Below, piece by piece: positions 1 through 9,905 of a stretch of 64,000 nt of DNA. The notes under the pieces were generated by a model that searched no databases, was not told the origin of the DNA, and was given only the letters and a program-made list of their open reading frames with translations. Every line of letters begins with the position of its first letter. Positions within the stretch are counted from its first letter, which is position 1. The position numbers were made by a program, and so were the translations under genes. Where the stretch lies: the IMG/VR virus record IMGVR_UViG_3300043395_002432, positions 1 to 64,000 of that record; one strand, given 5' to 3'. The stretch comes from a virus.

Positions 1-49
1 CACGCTCCCGGCGACTCGTCCCCGCAGGAGGCGAGTCTTGACGCGATCC

Positions 50-631
50 CTACGACGCCACCCGAAAGCGAGGGCGCACGCCCGTGGGCTTTTGCGGGGT
101 CAGCGAGGTCTCGGGGAGCGGAGGGGGCGGGGGCTTCACCATGACCTCGGGGGTGGGCAGGGGGCGAGGGAGGGGAGCCTCAGCCTGGATCGGGGCGGGC
201 CGCACGGGAGGCGGAGCGGTGGCGACGAAGGAGGGGGGAGGAGGACGACGGAGGAGGTTCTGAAGCCCCTCTCGCTCAGGGATTTGGGCGATCCAGCCCC
301 CAGCGTAGAAATCCTTCGCCGTCCGCTCGAACCGCTCCACGCGGGGGATCGAATTCTGGGGAAGCCGGGGGACGTCGGGGTCGTTGACCACCAAGCGCCA
401 CGCGTCGACGCAGCGTTGCCATTGCCCGACGATCTCACGCGCCGTTGAGGAGATCGAGCCTCCTCCGCTCCCGAGCGAGCGATACTCCTTGCGGAGCGCG
501 TCGAGTCGGTCGAGCGCCTTCTCCAGATCCCATGCCAGGATCTGGCCGTTGTACACCCACGGACTCCAGCCGTGGCTGCGCGTCTTCTTGGGGAGGTCGT
601 CTCTCTCGCCGCTCATCTGCCCGGTTGCCAT
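50..631 (-). CDS. hypothetical protein, Pro-rich C-terminus
   Basis: 193-aa ORF with GGAGAG RBS; upstream promoter-associated repeat at ~681-696. Confidence 0.7.
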   Translation of the reverse strand: MATGQMSGERDDLPKKTRSHGWSPWVYNGQILAWDLEKALDRLDALRKEYRSLGSGGGSISSTAREIVGQWQRCVDAWRLVVNDPDVPRLPQNSIPRVERFERTAKDFYAGGWIAQIPEREGLQNLLRRPPPPSFVATAPPPVRPAPIQAEAPLPRPLPTPEVMVKPPPPPLPETSLTPQKPTGVRPRFRVAS

Positions 632-1080
632 GTACTCTCCGTTACCCCTTGAACGTAGCCACGGCTCTCGCTGAACTTCGCTAAGAACGTGTCAAGACGG
701 ATGGGGCCGAGGAGGGGCAGGAAGGGGCGGATCAGAGCCACGGGATTGTCGGCGTTGGAGGCCCGACTCGACCTCACGAAGTAGAAACACTTATATCTCC
801 CATGCTCGCCCCCTGCGCCCCTCTCCCCCCACCGCTCTGCAAGGACTGCTCAGGTCGCTCCCCTCCCCAGCGCCGGAGCATGCACCCGGCGCTTCTCGAC
901 GAATTCGACTTCGCACCAAGAACGACGTCGACGAGCGACGTCGCGGGGTCTGTTGGTGCGCGAGCCAGTACGCCCCAGGCGGGCTGCGCTTGGTGGGTTC
1001 TTGGCATGGGGTGGGGATATAAGGATTTCTTCTTCGTGAGGTCGCTCACGGCGGTCTACGCCGACAATTGCCACGAACGA

Positions 1081-1113
1081 GAAAGGGGCCAGGGACTGCT
1101 CCCTGACCCCTTC
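1081..1113 (-). terminator. probable intrinsic terminator after RNA ligase
   Basis: minus strand GAAGGGGTCAGGGA-GCAG-TCCCTGGCCCCTTTC hairpin followed by pyrimidines. Confidence 0.55.
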
Positions 1114-1131
1114 GCCTCAGACCTCAGGGGC

Positions 1132-2271
1132 TTAGCGGAGACCGCCCCCCATGAACCACGCCTTCGCCGCTGCTGTGACGTCGCCTGCGACCTGCTTCCA
1201 AGTCAGGCCACCCGCCTCCATCTCCAGCTTCGACTCCTTCTCGACGTCGGCCATGACCGCCTTGAGGAAGGGGCCGATCCCCTTCATGGAACGATCTCCG
1301 CCGACCTGCTGGAGCATCTGCTCGCAGCGGGCTGGGGTGACGAACATGGTGGCGAACTCGCTCACGCCAGCGGGCTTCTCGACCAGGGTCTTGACGGCAG
1401 CCGACGACGCCTTGACGCGGTGCTGCTCACCCTTCGCCTTGAAGCTCAGGCGGCGGAACACGGTCGTCCGCATGGCGACGAAGACCTCGTCGGCGTCCTC
1501 GTCGATCTTGAACGTCCGATCCTCCATCTCTGCGATCCCGGTCGGGTAGAAGACCAGACCCTCGCCCGCACCAAGTGCCGTCCCGTCGCTGATCGACGCG
1601 ACGTAGGGATCGACCTTCTCGATCTTCTCGATCTCGGCGTTGATCTTCTCGATCTCGGCGTTGGTCGAGGCGACGTTGACGAGGTTCAGGCGCACGCTCA
1701 GGTTCCCGTCCGCGAACTCGTACCAGGGGAGGACGCGCATGGGGAAGGGGTTCTCACCCTGCGGCTGGTCGGCGTTCGCCTTGATCCAGTCGAGGAACTT
1801 CTGGATCTGATCCGGCTCCACCAAGAGCAGGTCGTGAGGCTCGTCGTCCTCGTCGGGCTTGATCACCCGAATGGCGAAGACGTAGAACGCCGGGGGGAGC
1901 TTGGTGAGCGAGACGCCTCGCTGAATGCTGCCCCCCGCCCACTCGCCATAGATCACGACGACCGTCCCCTCCGGGTTGGTGATGCCGAGCGACAGCCCTG
2001 AAGACGCGAACGCTCGTGCGAAGCCGTAGTTATCGGCTTCGACGCTGACGTCGTTGCTCCGCGACTGCAGAGAGACGCTCCCGTCCGGGTTCAGCCGGAT
2101 CGCGGCATTGGTGCCGTGGAGCTTGATCTTGGCCTTGAAGGCCACCTCCTTGTCGAGCGGGAGGCCGATCCGCCGCACGTTGCCGAGGGTATGCTCCAGC
2201 CCCTCGATGCTGGGCCACGGGACGTGTCCCTTGGGCATGGTCTGAAGACGCGACTCGTCTGGGATGAACAT
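1132..2271 (-). CDS. RNA ligase, Rnl2 family
   Basis: nucleotidyltransferase motifs KLHGTN (I), YGEWAG (III), FYVFAI (IIIa), GEGLVF (IV), FKAK (V). Confidence 0.85.
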   Translation of the reverse strand: MFIPDESRLQTMPKGHVPWPSIEGLEHTLGNVRRIGLPLDKEVAFKAKIKLHGTNAAIRLNPDGSVSLQSRSNDVSVEADNYGFARAFASSGLSLGITNPEGTVVVIYGEWAGGSIQRGVSLTKLPPAFYVFAIRVIKPDEDDEPHDLLLVEPDQIQKFLDWIKANADQPQGENPFPMRVLPWYEFADGNLSVRLNLVNVASTNAEIEKINAEIEKIEKVDPYVASISDGTALGAGEGLVFYPTGIAEMEDRTFKIDEDADEVFVAMRTTVFRRLSFKAKGEQHRVKASSAAVKTLVEKPAGVSEFATMFVTPARCEQMLQQVGGDRSMKGIGPFLKAVMADVEKESKLEMEAGGLTWKQVAGDVTAAAKAWFMGGGLR

Positions 2272-2312
2272 GAAGGCTCCTGTGGAACGAATTCGATCTC
2301 GTTCGCCGGAGC

Positions 2313-2372
2313 AAGATAAGCCCTGGGAGGATCGAGTGAACGCCCCCAGGGTCGGCTTGACACGTTCTTGTC
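2313..2372 (-). promoter_or_regulatory. phage promoter: tandem-repeat site + 37 nt + TATCTT
   Basis: CTTGACACGTTCTTGTC at 2356; -10-like hexamer at 2313-2318; same geometry at several other genes. Confidence 0.6.
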
Positions 2373-3075
2373 AGAGTTCCTCGACGTACCCGTCGACGGA
2401 GATATCGGTGGAGCCTCCGCCTGCAGCGTTCTTGTACTCTACGGTATTGGTGCCATCGTTCGGCATCCAGATCCGAAGCTGCGCCCCTGCACGAATGAGG
2501 CGGCTGTCGAAGGAGCCTCCGTTCGGACGGACGTAAGCGTTCTGCGACGTGGGGCTGACAGTGAGCAGGAATGCCTTCGCGGTGCTTGGTGCGGTGTTTG
2601 AGAGGGACACGTCCGTGTAGCTCGTCGCTGAGCCTCCAGAGAGCGCAAGGAAGAAGCTCTGCGTGGCCCAAGTCTCGTAGGTGCGCGTCCTTCCCATGCC
2701 CACGCAGAGGAAGGGGACAATGTCGCCGTTCCCGCCGTTCATGAAGCAGCCGATGCGCCGAAAGATCGTGTAGCCGCTCGGAAGCGTAGGGCTGGTCGAC
2801 GAGGTCGAGAGGAGCGAGGCGACGGCCCCCGAGGAGGGGTTTTTGACGACGTAGACGTGGTAGAAGGTCGCGCTCGCCTCTGTTCCCGTGTCCAGCCCAT
2901 TCGCCCCTGAGGAGGTCAGGCTCGCGGTGAGCGACGTAGACACCAAGATGTCGTCCACGTTGGTGGAATCCCGACACTCCCCGACAGAGATGGCGACCGC
3001 AGAAGCGGTCGAGTAGCTCAACGCCAGCCCCTCCACGGCCCCCTGGGGCATCGAGACTGCCCGCGTCGAGATCAC
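2371..3075 (-). CDS. putative virion/tail-fibre-associated protein
   Basis: Ser/Thr/Gly-rich beta-type sequence; ANGLDTG...YHVY...PTLPSGYT..RRIG pattern resembles phage fibre-associated domains. Confidence 0.55.
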   Translation of the reverse strand: MISTRAVSMPQGAVEGLALSYSTASAVAISVGECRDSTNVDDILVSTSLTASLTSSGANGLDTGTEASATFYHVYVVKNPSSGAVASLLSTSSTSPTLPSGYTIFRRIGCFMNGGNGDIVPFLCVGMGRTRTYETWATQSFFLALSGGSATSYTDVSLSNTAPSTAKAFLLTVSPTSQNAYVRPNGGSFDSRLIRAGAQLRIWMPNDGTNTVEYKNAAGGGSTDISVDGYVEEL

Positions 3076-3998
3076 GCCACCACCTCAGGCTCCACCAAGA
3101 TCCACTCCTTCAGGGTGGGGAAGTACAGCGCCTCCCCCTCAAGGAACCTCGCCCCTTCAAGGATGGACTCTACCATCGCCTCCTCCAGATCAGCGGCTTG
3201 CGCGGCGTCAGGAGCGGGAGCGGCTGCGCTGGCTGCGAGCAGATCGAGGAAGTCCTCACCAAAGGAAAGCAGCCCTTCGGGAAGCTCAACGAGCCGAGCC
3301 TGAAGATCGACCCGATACGGAACCTGAACGTACTTGGTGCGATCCAGGCTCTCGTTCGTGTCCCGATAGTCCTTCTTGTGCTTCGGGCTACGGCGCCTGC
3401 CTGTCTCGTAGTCACGATGCTGCGTGTTCGCGTGCTTCCCTGCACCAGCCCCACCCCGCATCGTGTGCGCTGCCGCAATGGGGTTGAACGACGTGTGCTT
3501 CGGCTTCTTCTTGCCCTCGGTCATGTCCTCTTCCTCCCTTGCTCTCTGCTTAGCCACGAATACGCTTTCGATCACGGTGACTGTCCCACGCACCAAGATC
3601 TCTTCCGCGTGACTCATGAGGAGCCACTGATTCGGCTCCCAATACTGCTTGGCCCACTCTTCGGCGTCGTCCGGGCGAAACATGGCCTCCGTCCACCAAC
3701 CGCCGTCCGTTGTGAAGATCGTCCCTGTGACCTTCACCCGGTAGACATGCCGGTCGCCGTTGTGCCTACAGAAGCCCCTTCCGTTCAAAGGGCAGACGAA
3801 GACACAATCCAGCCTACTTGGTGCATCGGGAACGATCTCCTTCCGCACGCGCTCGAAGATCTCCTCGAGATCGGAGCGACGCGGACGAGCCTTCGGCACC
3901 TTGAACCCGATCTCGACCGGGTTGTCGGTGGCCCAATAGAACACCTCGCCCTTTACCTGCCGAAGCCCCGGTCGAGATTTCCTGTCAATCAGCTTCAT
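3072..3998 (-). CDS. DUF2441-like / ADP-ribosyltransferase-fold protein with basic C-terminal extension
   Basis: EEIFERVRKEIVPDAPSRLDCVFV and AKQYW...EEILVRG resemble the ART-like DUF2441 family. Confidence 0.5.
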   Translation of the reverse strand: MKLIDRKSRPGLRQVKGEVFYWATDNPVEIGFKVPKARPRRSDLEEIFERVRKEIVPDAPSRLDCVFVCPLNGRGFCRHNGDRHVYRVKVTGTIFTTDGGWWTEAMFRPDDAEEWAKQYWEPNQWLLMSHAEEILVRGTVTVIESVFVAKQRAREEEDMTEGKKKPKHTSFNPIAAAHTMRGGAGAGKHANTQHRDYETGRRRSPKHKKDYRDTNESLDRTKYVQVPYRVDLQARLVELPEGLLSFGEDFLDLLAASAAAPAPDAAQAADLEEAMVESILEGARFLEGEALYFPTLKEWILVEPEVVA

Positions 3999-4047
3999 TT
4001 CGCCCTCTCTTCAGAGGTAGCGCGAAACGAATTCGAATGCACCCTCC

Positions 4048-4563
4048 TTAGAGGAGATCGAAGCGAACGCCGGTCTCGCGGAGCCAGATCTGAAGCTCCT
4101 CCTCCGAGGAGAACCAGCCGTCCTCCCGCAAGATCTGAACGATGGCTGGCCAATTCAGAGGGGCAGCCCCCTTCATCTTGGCATGGGCTGCCTTGACCTT
4201 CTCGGGCCTCAGGAAATTCGACCCTTGGACGAGGAGGCTCTTGTGAAAGAAGACTCCATGCGCTTGGGCGATCTTGGCCCAGGTATCGATCCGACGCATG
4301 AACTTCAAAGCAGAGTACATCCCGAAGCCTGGAAGCACGGGAAGCGCACCAAGAAGGGATCGGAGCCAAGGGCGCTCGGTCTGGCAGTAGATCCGCAAGA
4401 CCCAGAAGAGGCATACGTCCGACCACTCCTCTCGAATCCCCCGAAGGTCGCCCGCCCGGATCGCCTCCTTCAGCTCCTCTACCTCGAGACCGAGGAGCCG
4501 GTCGCTGACCCTGTTGAAGGTCTTGTCAAAGAGATACGCAAACGTGATCAAAGCTTCCTCCAC
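4048..4563 (-). CDS. MazG-like nucleotide pyrophosphohydrolase
   Basis: EVEELKEA...IREEWSDV acidic helix motif; GTG start. Confidence 0.55.
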   Translation of the reverse strand: MEEALITFAYLFDKTFNRVSDRLLGLEVEELKEAIRAGDLRGIREEWSDVCLFWVLRIYCQTERPWLRSLLGALPVLPGFGMYSALKFMRRIDTWAKIAQAHGVFFHKSLLVQGSNFLRPEKVKAAHAKMKGAAPLNWPAIVQILREDGWFSSEEELQIWLRETGVRFDLL

Positions 4564-4633
4564 GAAGAAGGGGACGCCCCGCAGGACGTCCCCTCAGTAT
4601 CCACCGCCGACCGAGCGGATCGTCAAGATCCGG

Positions 4634-5887
4634 CTAAGGCTGGCGAAGCTGCAAAACCGTGCGCGCAATGTCCCGCAGGAGTGAATTGAGGCGCACGTCA
4701 TTCGCCACCCGCTCAAGCTCCTCCGAGCTGAGATTGTTCACCAAATCGGTCGCCCGAGGAAGAACCAGCGCAATGGCGTCGACGATCAGATCCCAAGCCT
4801 CCTTGAGCGGGGGCGGGGTCAAAGGACGGGGGACGGGCAGCCGGGGCTGGAAGGGCGAACGAATCTCGATCTTCGGCTCGGGCTTCTCCTCGGGCTTCTC
4901 CTTGGACTCGGACTCGGGCCTGACCTCGGACTCGGCCTCGGGCTTGACCTCGGGCTTGCTCTCGGGCTTGCTCTCGGGCTTCGGCTCCGCCTTCGGAAGG
5001 ATCGCCATTGGTGCCGCGACTATGCCCCTCGTCGCCCGATCCGGGGGAGGCGGGAACCACGCACGACGCGGAGGCTCGACCTTCACCGACTTCTCCTCGA
5101 CCTTAGGTGGGATCTCAGCCGGGATCGACGTGTCCAACATGGCTTCGATGAACGTCAGCCCTTTTGCGACGACCTGCCTGATCTGCCGCGTGATCGCGTC
5201 CGGGTAGGTCGCCCCCTCCACCAACAGCGCGACAGCAGGGATCACCTCCAAGACCTTCCACAGCTCAGCCCGCACCCTCGTCCGATCTGACAGCCCATGC
5301 GTCGCCATTGGTGCGAGGAGCGCGCAGATCTCGTCAAGGAGGCGAATTCGAACGAGGCTGGCAACGAATTCGATTGCGTCGTCGAGCGCGGCTGCCGTGC
5401 GGAAGGGAGGCAGGAACGCCTCATCCTCCTCGTCCCGATTCCGCATGGGGAACGACACCTCGAGCGGAGAAGGCAGGCGAACGTACTCGGCCATTGCGGC
5501 TTCGTCCGCGAACAGCTTGGGGTGGGAGGCGGGAAAGAGCGTCCTGCGCCGTCCTGCGTGAGACCCGAGCTTCACGCACCAACGCCCGTCGACGTAGCTG
5601 TACCCGTGGACGTCGAAGACCGCCTTGATCCCGAACAGGGGATGGCCCGCCTCAATGTCCGCGAGGTACTCCAAGAAGGTGCGATACCGGTACGCGACCG
5701 AATACCGAATGAAGCGATCCCACGTCATGCGCCGATCAGACGGCACCAAGCCCGTCTTCATCGCTTGGTGCGCCCGATACAGCATCGCCGTGGTCAGCTT
5801 GGCAGGAACGCCCTCGATCCGAGTCAGGCGCTCTCGAACCTCCTCCTTGTCGAAGAGGGGCGGAAGGGGGGGGAGAATTTCAGCCAT
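4634..5887 (-). CDS. hypothetical protein with (KPE[S/V/E])n low-complexity linker
   Basis: ORF from MAEILPP with GGAGG RBS; 12-nt tandem repeats at ~4870-4990. Confidence 0.7.
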   Translation of the reverse strand: MAEILPPLPPLFDKEEVRERLTRIEGVPAKLTTAMLYRAHQAMKTGLVPSDRRMTWDRFIRYSVAYRYRTFLEYLADIEAGHPLFGIKAVFDVHGYSYVDGRWCVKLGSHAGRRRTLFPASHPKLFADEAAMAEYVRLPSPLEVSFPMRNRDEEDEAFLPPFRTAAALDDAIEFVASLVRIRLLDEICALLAPMATHGLSDRTRVRAELWKVLEVIPAVALLVEGATYPDAITRQIRQVVAKGLTFIEAMLDTSIPAEIPPKVEEKSVKVEPPRRAWFPPPPDRATRGIVAAPMAILPKAEPKPESKPESKPEVKPEAESEVRPESESKEKPEEKPEPKIEIRSPFQPRLPVPRPLTPPPLKEAWDLIVDAIALVLPRATDLVNNLSSEELERVANDVRLNSLLRDIARTVLQLRQP

Positions 5888-6461
5888 TGCGGCCTCCTTG
5901 TGAGTCGAGAAATGCCTTAATGCGTTCCCCACCTCTGGGGTTCTTGAGATTGAAGATCGGGATCTGGTGCGCGCAAGCGATCCGAAGCGCCTGCCCCGTG
6001 CCGCCCGTCTCTTTGGTGATCTGCTCAAGGGTCTCAGCGCCATCTGCCGTCCAGCAGATCACCATTCGCACCGGGTCGGGAGCTGACACCGGAAACGGCC
6101 CCAGGATCTGATGGCTGTTCCTGGCCTGTAAAAGCGCCACCGTGCCGCGAAGGCTCGCACCTACGGGATGATGCTGAAGCATGACTTGGTGCGCCTCCTG
6201 TGAGGGTTCTGCGCGCTTGACAGCCCCGTCGTGACGACCGTTGAAGCCTGGGAAGGGAAGGTATAGCTCCAGATACCGCGAGACCTCTGCTGCACCAACT
6301 TCCCCGCGCACCCCGATCTCGAACGCCGAGTCCGCACCGCGAGCCGCACCAGAACGACAGAGCCACTTCAACTGCACCAAGCGGGCAGCCATCTTCGCCA
6401 TGAGGTGCAACGCCTCCTCAGGCGTCTCCCGCGATCCGATCCCAGCGTACTTCATCACCAC
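5880..6461 (-). CDS. DprA-like / SLOG-superfamily protein
   Basis: YAGIGSRETP, SGAARGADSAFE and GGTGQALRIA motifs. Confidence 0.75.
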   Translation of the reverse strand: MVMKYAGIGSRETPEEALHLMAKMAARLVQLKWLCRSGAARGADSAFEIGVRGEVGAAEVSRYLELYLPFPGFNGRHDGAVKRAEPSQEAHQVMLQHHPVGASLRGTVALLQARNSHQILGPFPVSAPDPVRMVICWTADGAETLEQITKETGGTGQALRIACAHQIPIFNLKNPRGGERIKAFLDSQGGRNG

Positions 6462-7063
6462 TCCCGCGTCGGGGCGTACCCGAACGAAGCATGGAGGCGC
6501 TCCTCCCTCGCTCGCTCGACGTCACTCTTCTGCGCTTCCCTGTTGCGTGCGTACCGCTGCCCCCTCGAGATCGAACGAAGGCGCGTACTCTTCATGCGCT
6601 TCACCAAGTACCTCGGCTGCTCCCGCGAAGGGTCGAAGTACCAGACCTCCTTCGGCTCGATCTCGAGCAGCCGGTAGAGCCACCCCTCCGCATGCGCGAC
6701 CGCATGCCCGAGGCTCCGAAGGTTCCGACCGAGCGGACGGTCAAGGTAATGCAGCACCGTCTTGGTGGCCTTCCGAATCTTCCACCACCAACGACCGCTT
6801 CCCTCGAAGGGCTGAAAGACCTCGATCCAGTAGCGAATTCCCTCATGGTGGTAGACCCCAACGAGAGAGGCGGTCACGCCCCGCTTGTAGCCCGGAGGGA
6901 TCTCTCCCCCAACCTCCTCGTACACGATCCCAAGCGGGGTCTGAGCGCGAAGCCACCCAGGCCGCTCACTGAGGGTGCCTTGCCCAACGACCGTACACGC
7001 GAGGGGCTTTGAGGGGAGGGGACTTCTCCCGGTAGAACTCTTTTGCGTCGTCGAAGTCGGCAC
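6455..7063 (-). CDS. hypothetical protein (true start probably near 6970)
   Basis: ORF packed between neighbours with overlapping start/stop. Confidence 0.55.
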   Translation of the reverse strand: MPTSTTQKSSTGRSPLPSKPLACTVVGQGTLSERPGWLRAQTPLGIVYEEVGGEIPPGYKRGVTASLVGVYHHEGIRYWIEVFQPFEGSGRWWWKIRKATKTVLHYLDRPLGRNLRSLGHAVAHAEGWLYRLLEIEPKEVWYFDPSREQPRYLVKRMKSTRLRSISRGQRYARNREAQKSDVERAREERLHASFGYAPTREW

Positions 7064-7610
7064 GATGCACCTTTGACTGAGCGTAGTCGATGAGAATGCG
7101 CGGCTTCCGCCCCGCTTTCAGAGATTCCTTCATCTCTTCGAAGAGGGCGGGGGCGCGCTGATCCGAGAGCCGAGGCTCCATGTCGCCGTCGATGAAGATC
7201 CAGTGAAAGAGATTCTCCGTGATCTCCCAGCCCGAGACGTTCTTCGAAGGCTTCTCCCGGTAGAGATACACCTCAATGCTCCACCGCTCCTCCATGCGAA
7301 CACCGGGCCACCAACCCTGGGCGTTCCAGCGATCAATGTCGTTCCGAATCGCCTCCGCCTCCTCGTCGTCCCCGTTCCCGTCCGCGAACCGCTCGCCGTC
7401 ATTGGTGAGGTCGTTCCATGTAGGGATCTTGGTGTCACGGAACGCCACCCACACAGGGGACTTCTCCATCGATGCCTGCACCAAGATCTGCCGAGGCTGC
7501 CTCTCCGAAGCCTTCGGATCAGGAAACCGACCCGAGAACCTCCAAGTAGAGACCTTCCCCAACCCCACGTCGTAGCGCCCCTTCTTCGTCTCCCATTCTG
7601 TCGTGAGCAT
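6966..7610 (-). CDS. hypothetical protein
   Basis: 214-aa ORF, GAGGAG RBS. Confidence 0.65.
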   Translation of the reverse strand: MLTTEWETKKGRYDVGLGKVSTWRFSGRFPDPKASERQPRQILVQASMEKSPVWVAFRDTKIPTWNDLTNDGERFADGNGDDEEAEAIRNDIDRWNAQGWWPGVRMEERWSIEVYLYREKPSKNVSGWEITENLFHWIFIDGDMEPRLSDQRAPALFEEMKESLKAGRKPRILIDYAQSKVHRADFDDAKEFYREKSPPLKAPRVYGRWARHPQ

Positions 7611-7696
7611 GCGTTCTCCTCAGAGGAGAGGTAAGCGTCGGGGAGAAAAAGCACAAGAGGGGAGACGAATTCGACTTCGTCTCCCCCCCGCCGAGA

Positions 7697-8680
7697 TCAG
7701 AAGATCATGGCCGGGTTCTTCGCGTAGAATCCCGAGGCGAAGCCCTTGTTCAGCTCGCAGGCTGCGCTGAAGGCGACCCCCTGGAGCGCCTTCTCGATCT
7801 GGCCCTTGCACCAGTCGAGCTTGCCAGCCCGACCGATCCCGATCTCCTGCCCCTTGATCCGGGGCTTGACGATCACCTTCGGCGGATCGCTGCTGTCGAA
7901 GTCGACCCGGTCGACGCTGATCTTGGACTTGGGCGTCGACAGCCGGATCTCGACGTCGAAGTCCACGTCGAGCTTGGTTCCCCCGACGTTGCCCTCGGCC
8001 TTGACCTGCGCCTTCACGCCCCCCGGCTGCCCCTGAGCGCGGGAGATCGCCCAGGTGAAGCCCCCGTTCCGGGCAGCGACGACCCGAGCCTCCTGCCGGT
8101 TCAGGGCGTTGGCGAGCTGCGCCCCAGCCCCACGCGGCCCCGCCGAGCTGGTGAAGTCGCCCACGATCCCCTGCGCCTCCTTCGTGAGGTAGGCGCGGTA
8201 CGCGGCGACATTCGTCGCCTTGAGGATCGGGCTGTGGTCGAACTCGAGGGTGCGCGGAGCCACCCCCTCCTTCTCCCCGATCTTGCCGATGCTACGCAGG
8301 AAGCCCACCAAGGTCGCCTCCCACTCCTGCGGCCCGGTCTTCTCGGGGGCGAACGCGCCCGCCGTGTAGACCGCGTTGGAGTTCGGGACGCGCCGCAGGA
8401 CGCCGTCAGCGTCGACCCGAGCCGGGTACACGCCCAGCCTGTGCCATCCCGAGTCGTCAGGCTCCGACGCGCTGCCTGAGTCCCCGAAGGCGTAGCTCAT
8501 GACGAGGTCAGTGAAGACCTCGGTGACCTTGCCCCCGACGAGGAGGGCGATGCTGAAGCTCATGCCCCAGCAATTGCCCGATTCGTCCCTGACGACCTCC
8601 ACGATGGTGGAGGTGGCCTGACGCGACGAATTCGACTTCGCCTCGACCTTCGTCTCGACCTTCGTGCTGACCTTCGGCAT
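7697..8680 (-). CDS. hypothetical protein
   Basis: 327-aa ORF, strong GC3 bias, AGGAG RBS, own promoter (8728-8787). Confidence 0.75.
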   Translation of the reverse strand: MPKVSTKVETKVEAKSNSSRQATSTIVEVVRDESGNCWGMSFSIALLVGGKVTEVFTDLVMSYAFGDSGSASEPDDSGWHRLGVYPARVDADGVLRRVPNSNAVYTAGAFAPEKTGPQEWEATLVGFLRSIGKIGEKEGVAPRTLEFDHSPILKATNVAAYRAYLTKEAQGIVGDFTSSAGPRGAGAQLANALNRQEARVVAARNGGFTWAISRAQGQPGGVKAQVKAEGNVGGTKLDVDFDVEIRLSTPKSKISVDRVDFDSSDPPKVIVKPRIKGQEIGIGRAGKLDWCKGQIEKALQGVAFSAACELNKGFASGFYAKNPAMIF

Positions 8681-8746
8681 CTTGGCTCCTGTGAAGCGGG
8701 AGGGTTCGTCTGTCTCCGCGCCCCTCCATCTTAGCCACCCCCGAGC

Positions 8747-9832
8747 CTAAGGGGAGTCATCGTCCTCCTCGTTGACACGTTCTTGACGAGAGAGGAGCGA
8801 GAAGAGCGAGGTCTGCGCGGTCTCTCGCAGGATCTGGCGCATGGAATGCCGAATGTAGTCCTTCCCGTCGAGGTCTTGCTCCGTGGTGATCTGCGTGACC
8901 CGACCCGGATCTTCTCTGCACAGCCGCTCTACGGCGAACGCCTCACGGCAGGTTCCACCAAATGGGGCGAACACCTTTCCCCCTCTTGGTGCAGAGGCAC
9001 GGATCATGCGCTCCGCGAACACGACGGGCTTCTGGCAAGGGTGGATCGAGACCCCCCTCTCGTCCCGAACGCGCTCTCGCCCCTGGATCGCCAGATGCTC
9101 CCAGACGTTGTAGATCCCCTGCGGCTCGAAGAAGGTGCGATCCTCGCGTAGCTCCTTGCGAAGCTGAACATGCTCTTCGAGAAGCTCGCGCTCCGTGTAG
9201 CGCCTCTCTTGGTGCCGCTGAAGGAAGAAGCCCGAGGAAACCCCCTCGTTCATGATCGAATGCAGCATGATCCAATGCCGAGCGGAAGGAAGCCCCCACT
9301 GCGATACCGTGAACCAGTGTCGCACCATGTTCCCCGCACCACCAAGCGCACGAACCCGCTCGTCGAGCATGCCCATTGTCAGGCCAGATCGCTCCCGCTC
9401 TTGCATGATCCAGTCACGAATCGGATTGACGAAGTCGATCTCGTCCCGCTGGTAGAACCCGCAGACCTCCGTAATGTCCGCCCAGGTGCGATACGACGAA
9501 GCCCCCTTGATCGACTGCGCGTTCGGCTTCACCCAGGTGATCAGGCTCCGATACTTCCACCCATGCCGCACCAAGACCGGATGAACGTTCGCCCAACCCT
9601 CATGCGTATTCCAGAAGTACAACGACGCCGAAGGCTTCGTGATCGTCCCCCACGCCACCACATGCGGCTCGTAGAACGCACCAAGATCCTCCTTCTGCAT
9701 CCGATCCCAATCCGCAAGCTGCATCCCATACGGCCCGTCCGAGATGATCAGATCCACCCCACCAAGCCGAGGATACGCATCCTCCACGCGCCCCTGCCAA
9801 ATTTCCCCATTGGGGAGCGAATGCACCAACAT
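8747..9832 (-). CDS. N6-adenine/N4-cytosine DNA methyltransferase (beta class) with internal HTH-like insert
   Basis: DLIISDGPYG (motif IV variant), ITWVK, HPCQKP, VFAPFGGT (motif I variant). Confidence 0.8.
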   Translation of the reverse strand: MLVHSLPNGEIWQGRVEDAYPRLGGVDLIISDGPYGMQLADWDRMQKEDLGAFYEPHVVAWGTITKPSASLYFWNTHEGWANVHPVLVRHGWKYRSLITWVKPNAQSIKGASSYRTWADITEVCGFYQRDEIDFVNPIRDWIMQERERSGLTMGMLDERVRALGGAGNMVRHWFTVSQWGLPSARHWIMLHSIMNEGVSSGFFLQRHQERRYTERELLEEHVQLRKELREDRTFFEPQGIYNVWEHLAIQGRERVRDERGVSIHPCQKPVVFAERMIRASAPRGGKVFAPFGGTCREAFAVERLCREDPGRVTQITTEQDLDGKDYIRHSMRQILRETAQTSLFSLLSRQERVNEEDDDSP

Positions 9833-9905
9833 GAAGCGCCCTCTTGGTGCCTGTAACCCGAACGAAGAAAGGGCTGAGCCGAAGCCCTGCCCTGCCCGCC
9901 CTGCC

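Noticed and set aside
802-2001. Long plus-strand ORFs (also 34170-35276, 56869-58107, 61631-62827 and others)
   Set aside because: Antisense shadows of GC3-biased minus-strand genes; no motifs or RBS.
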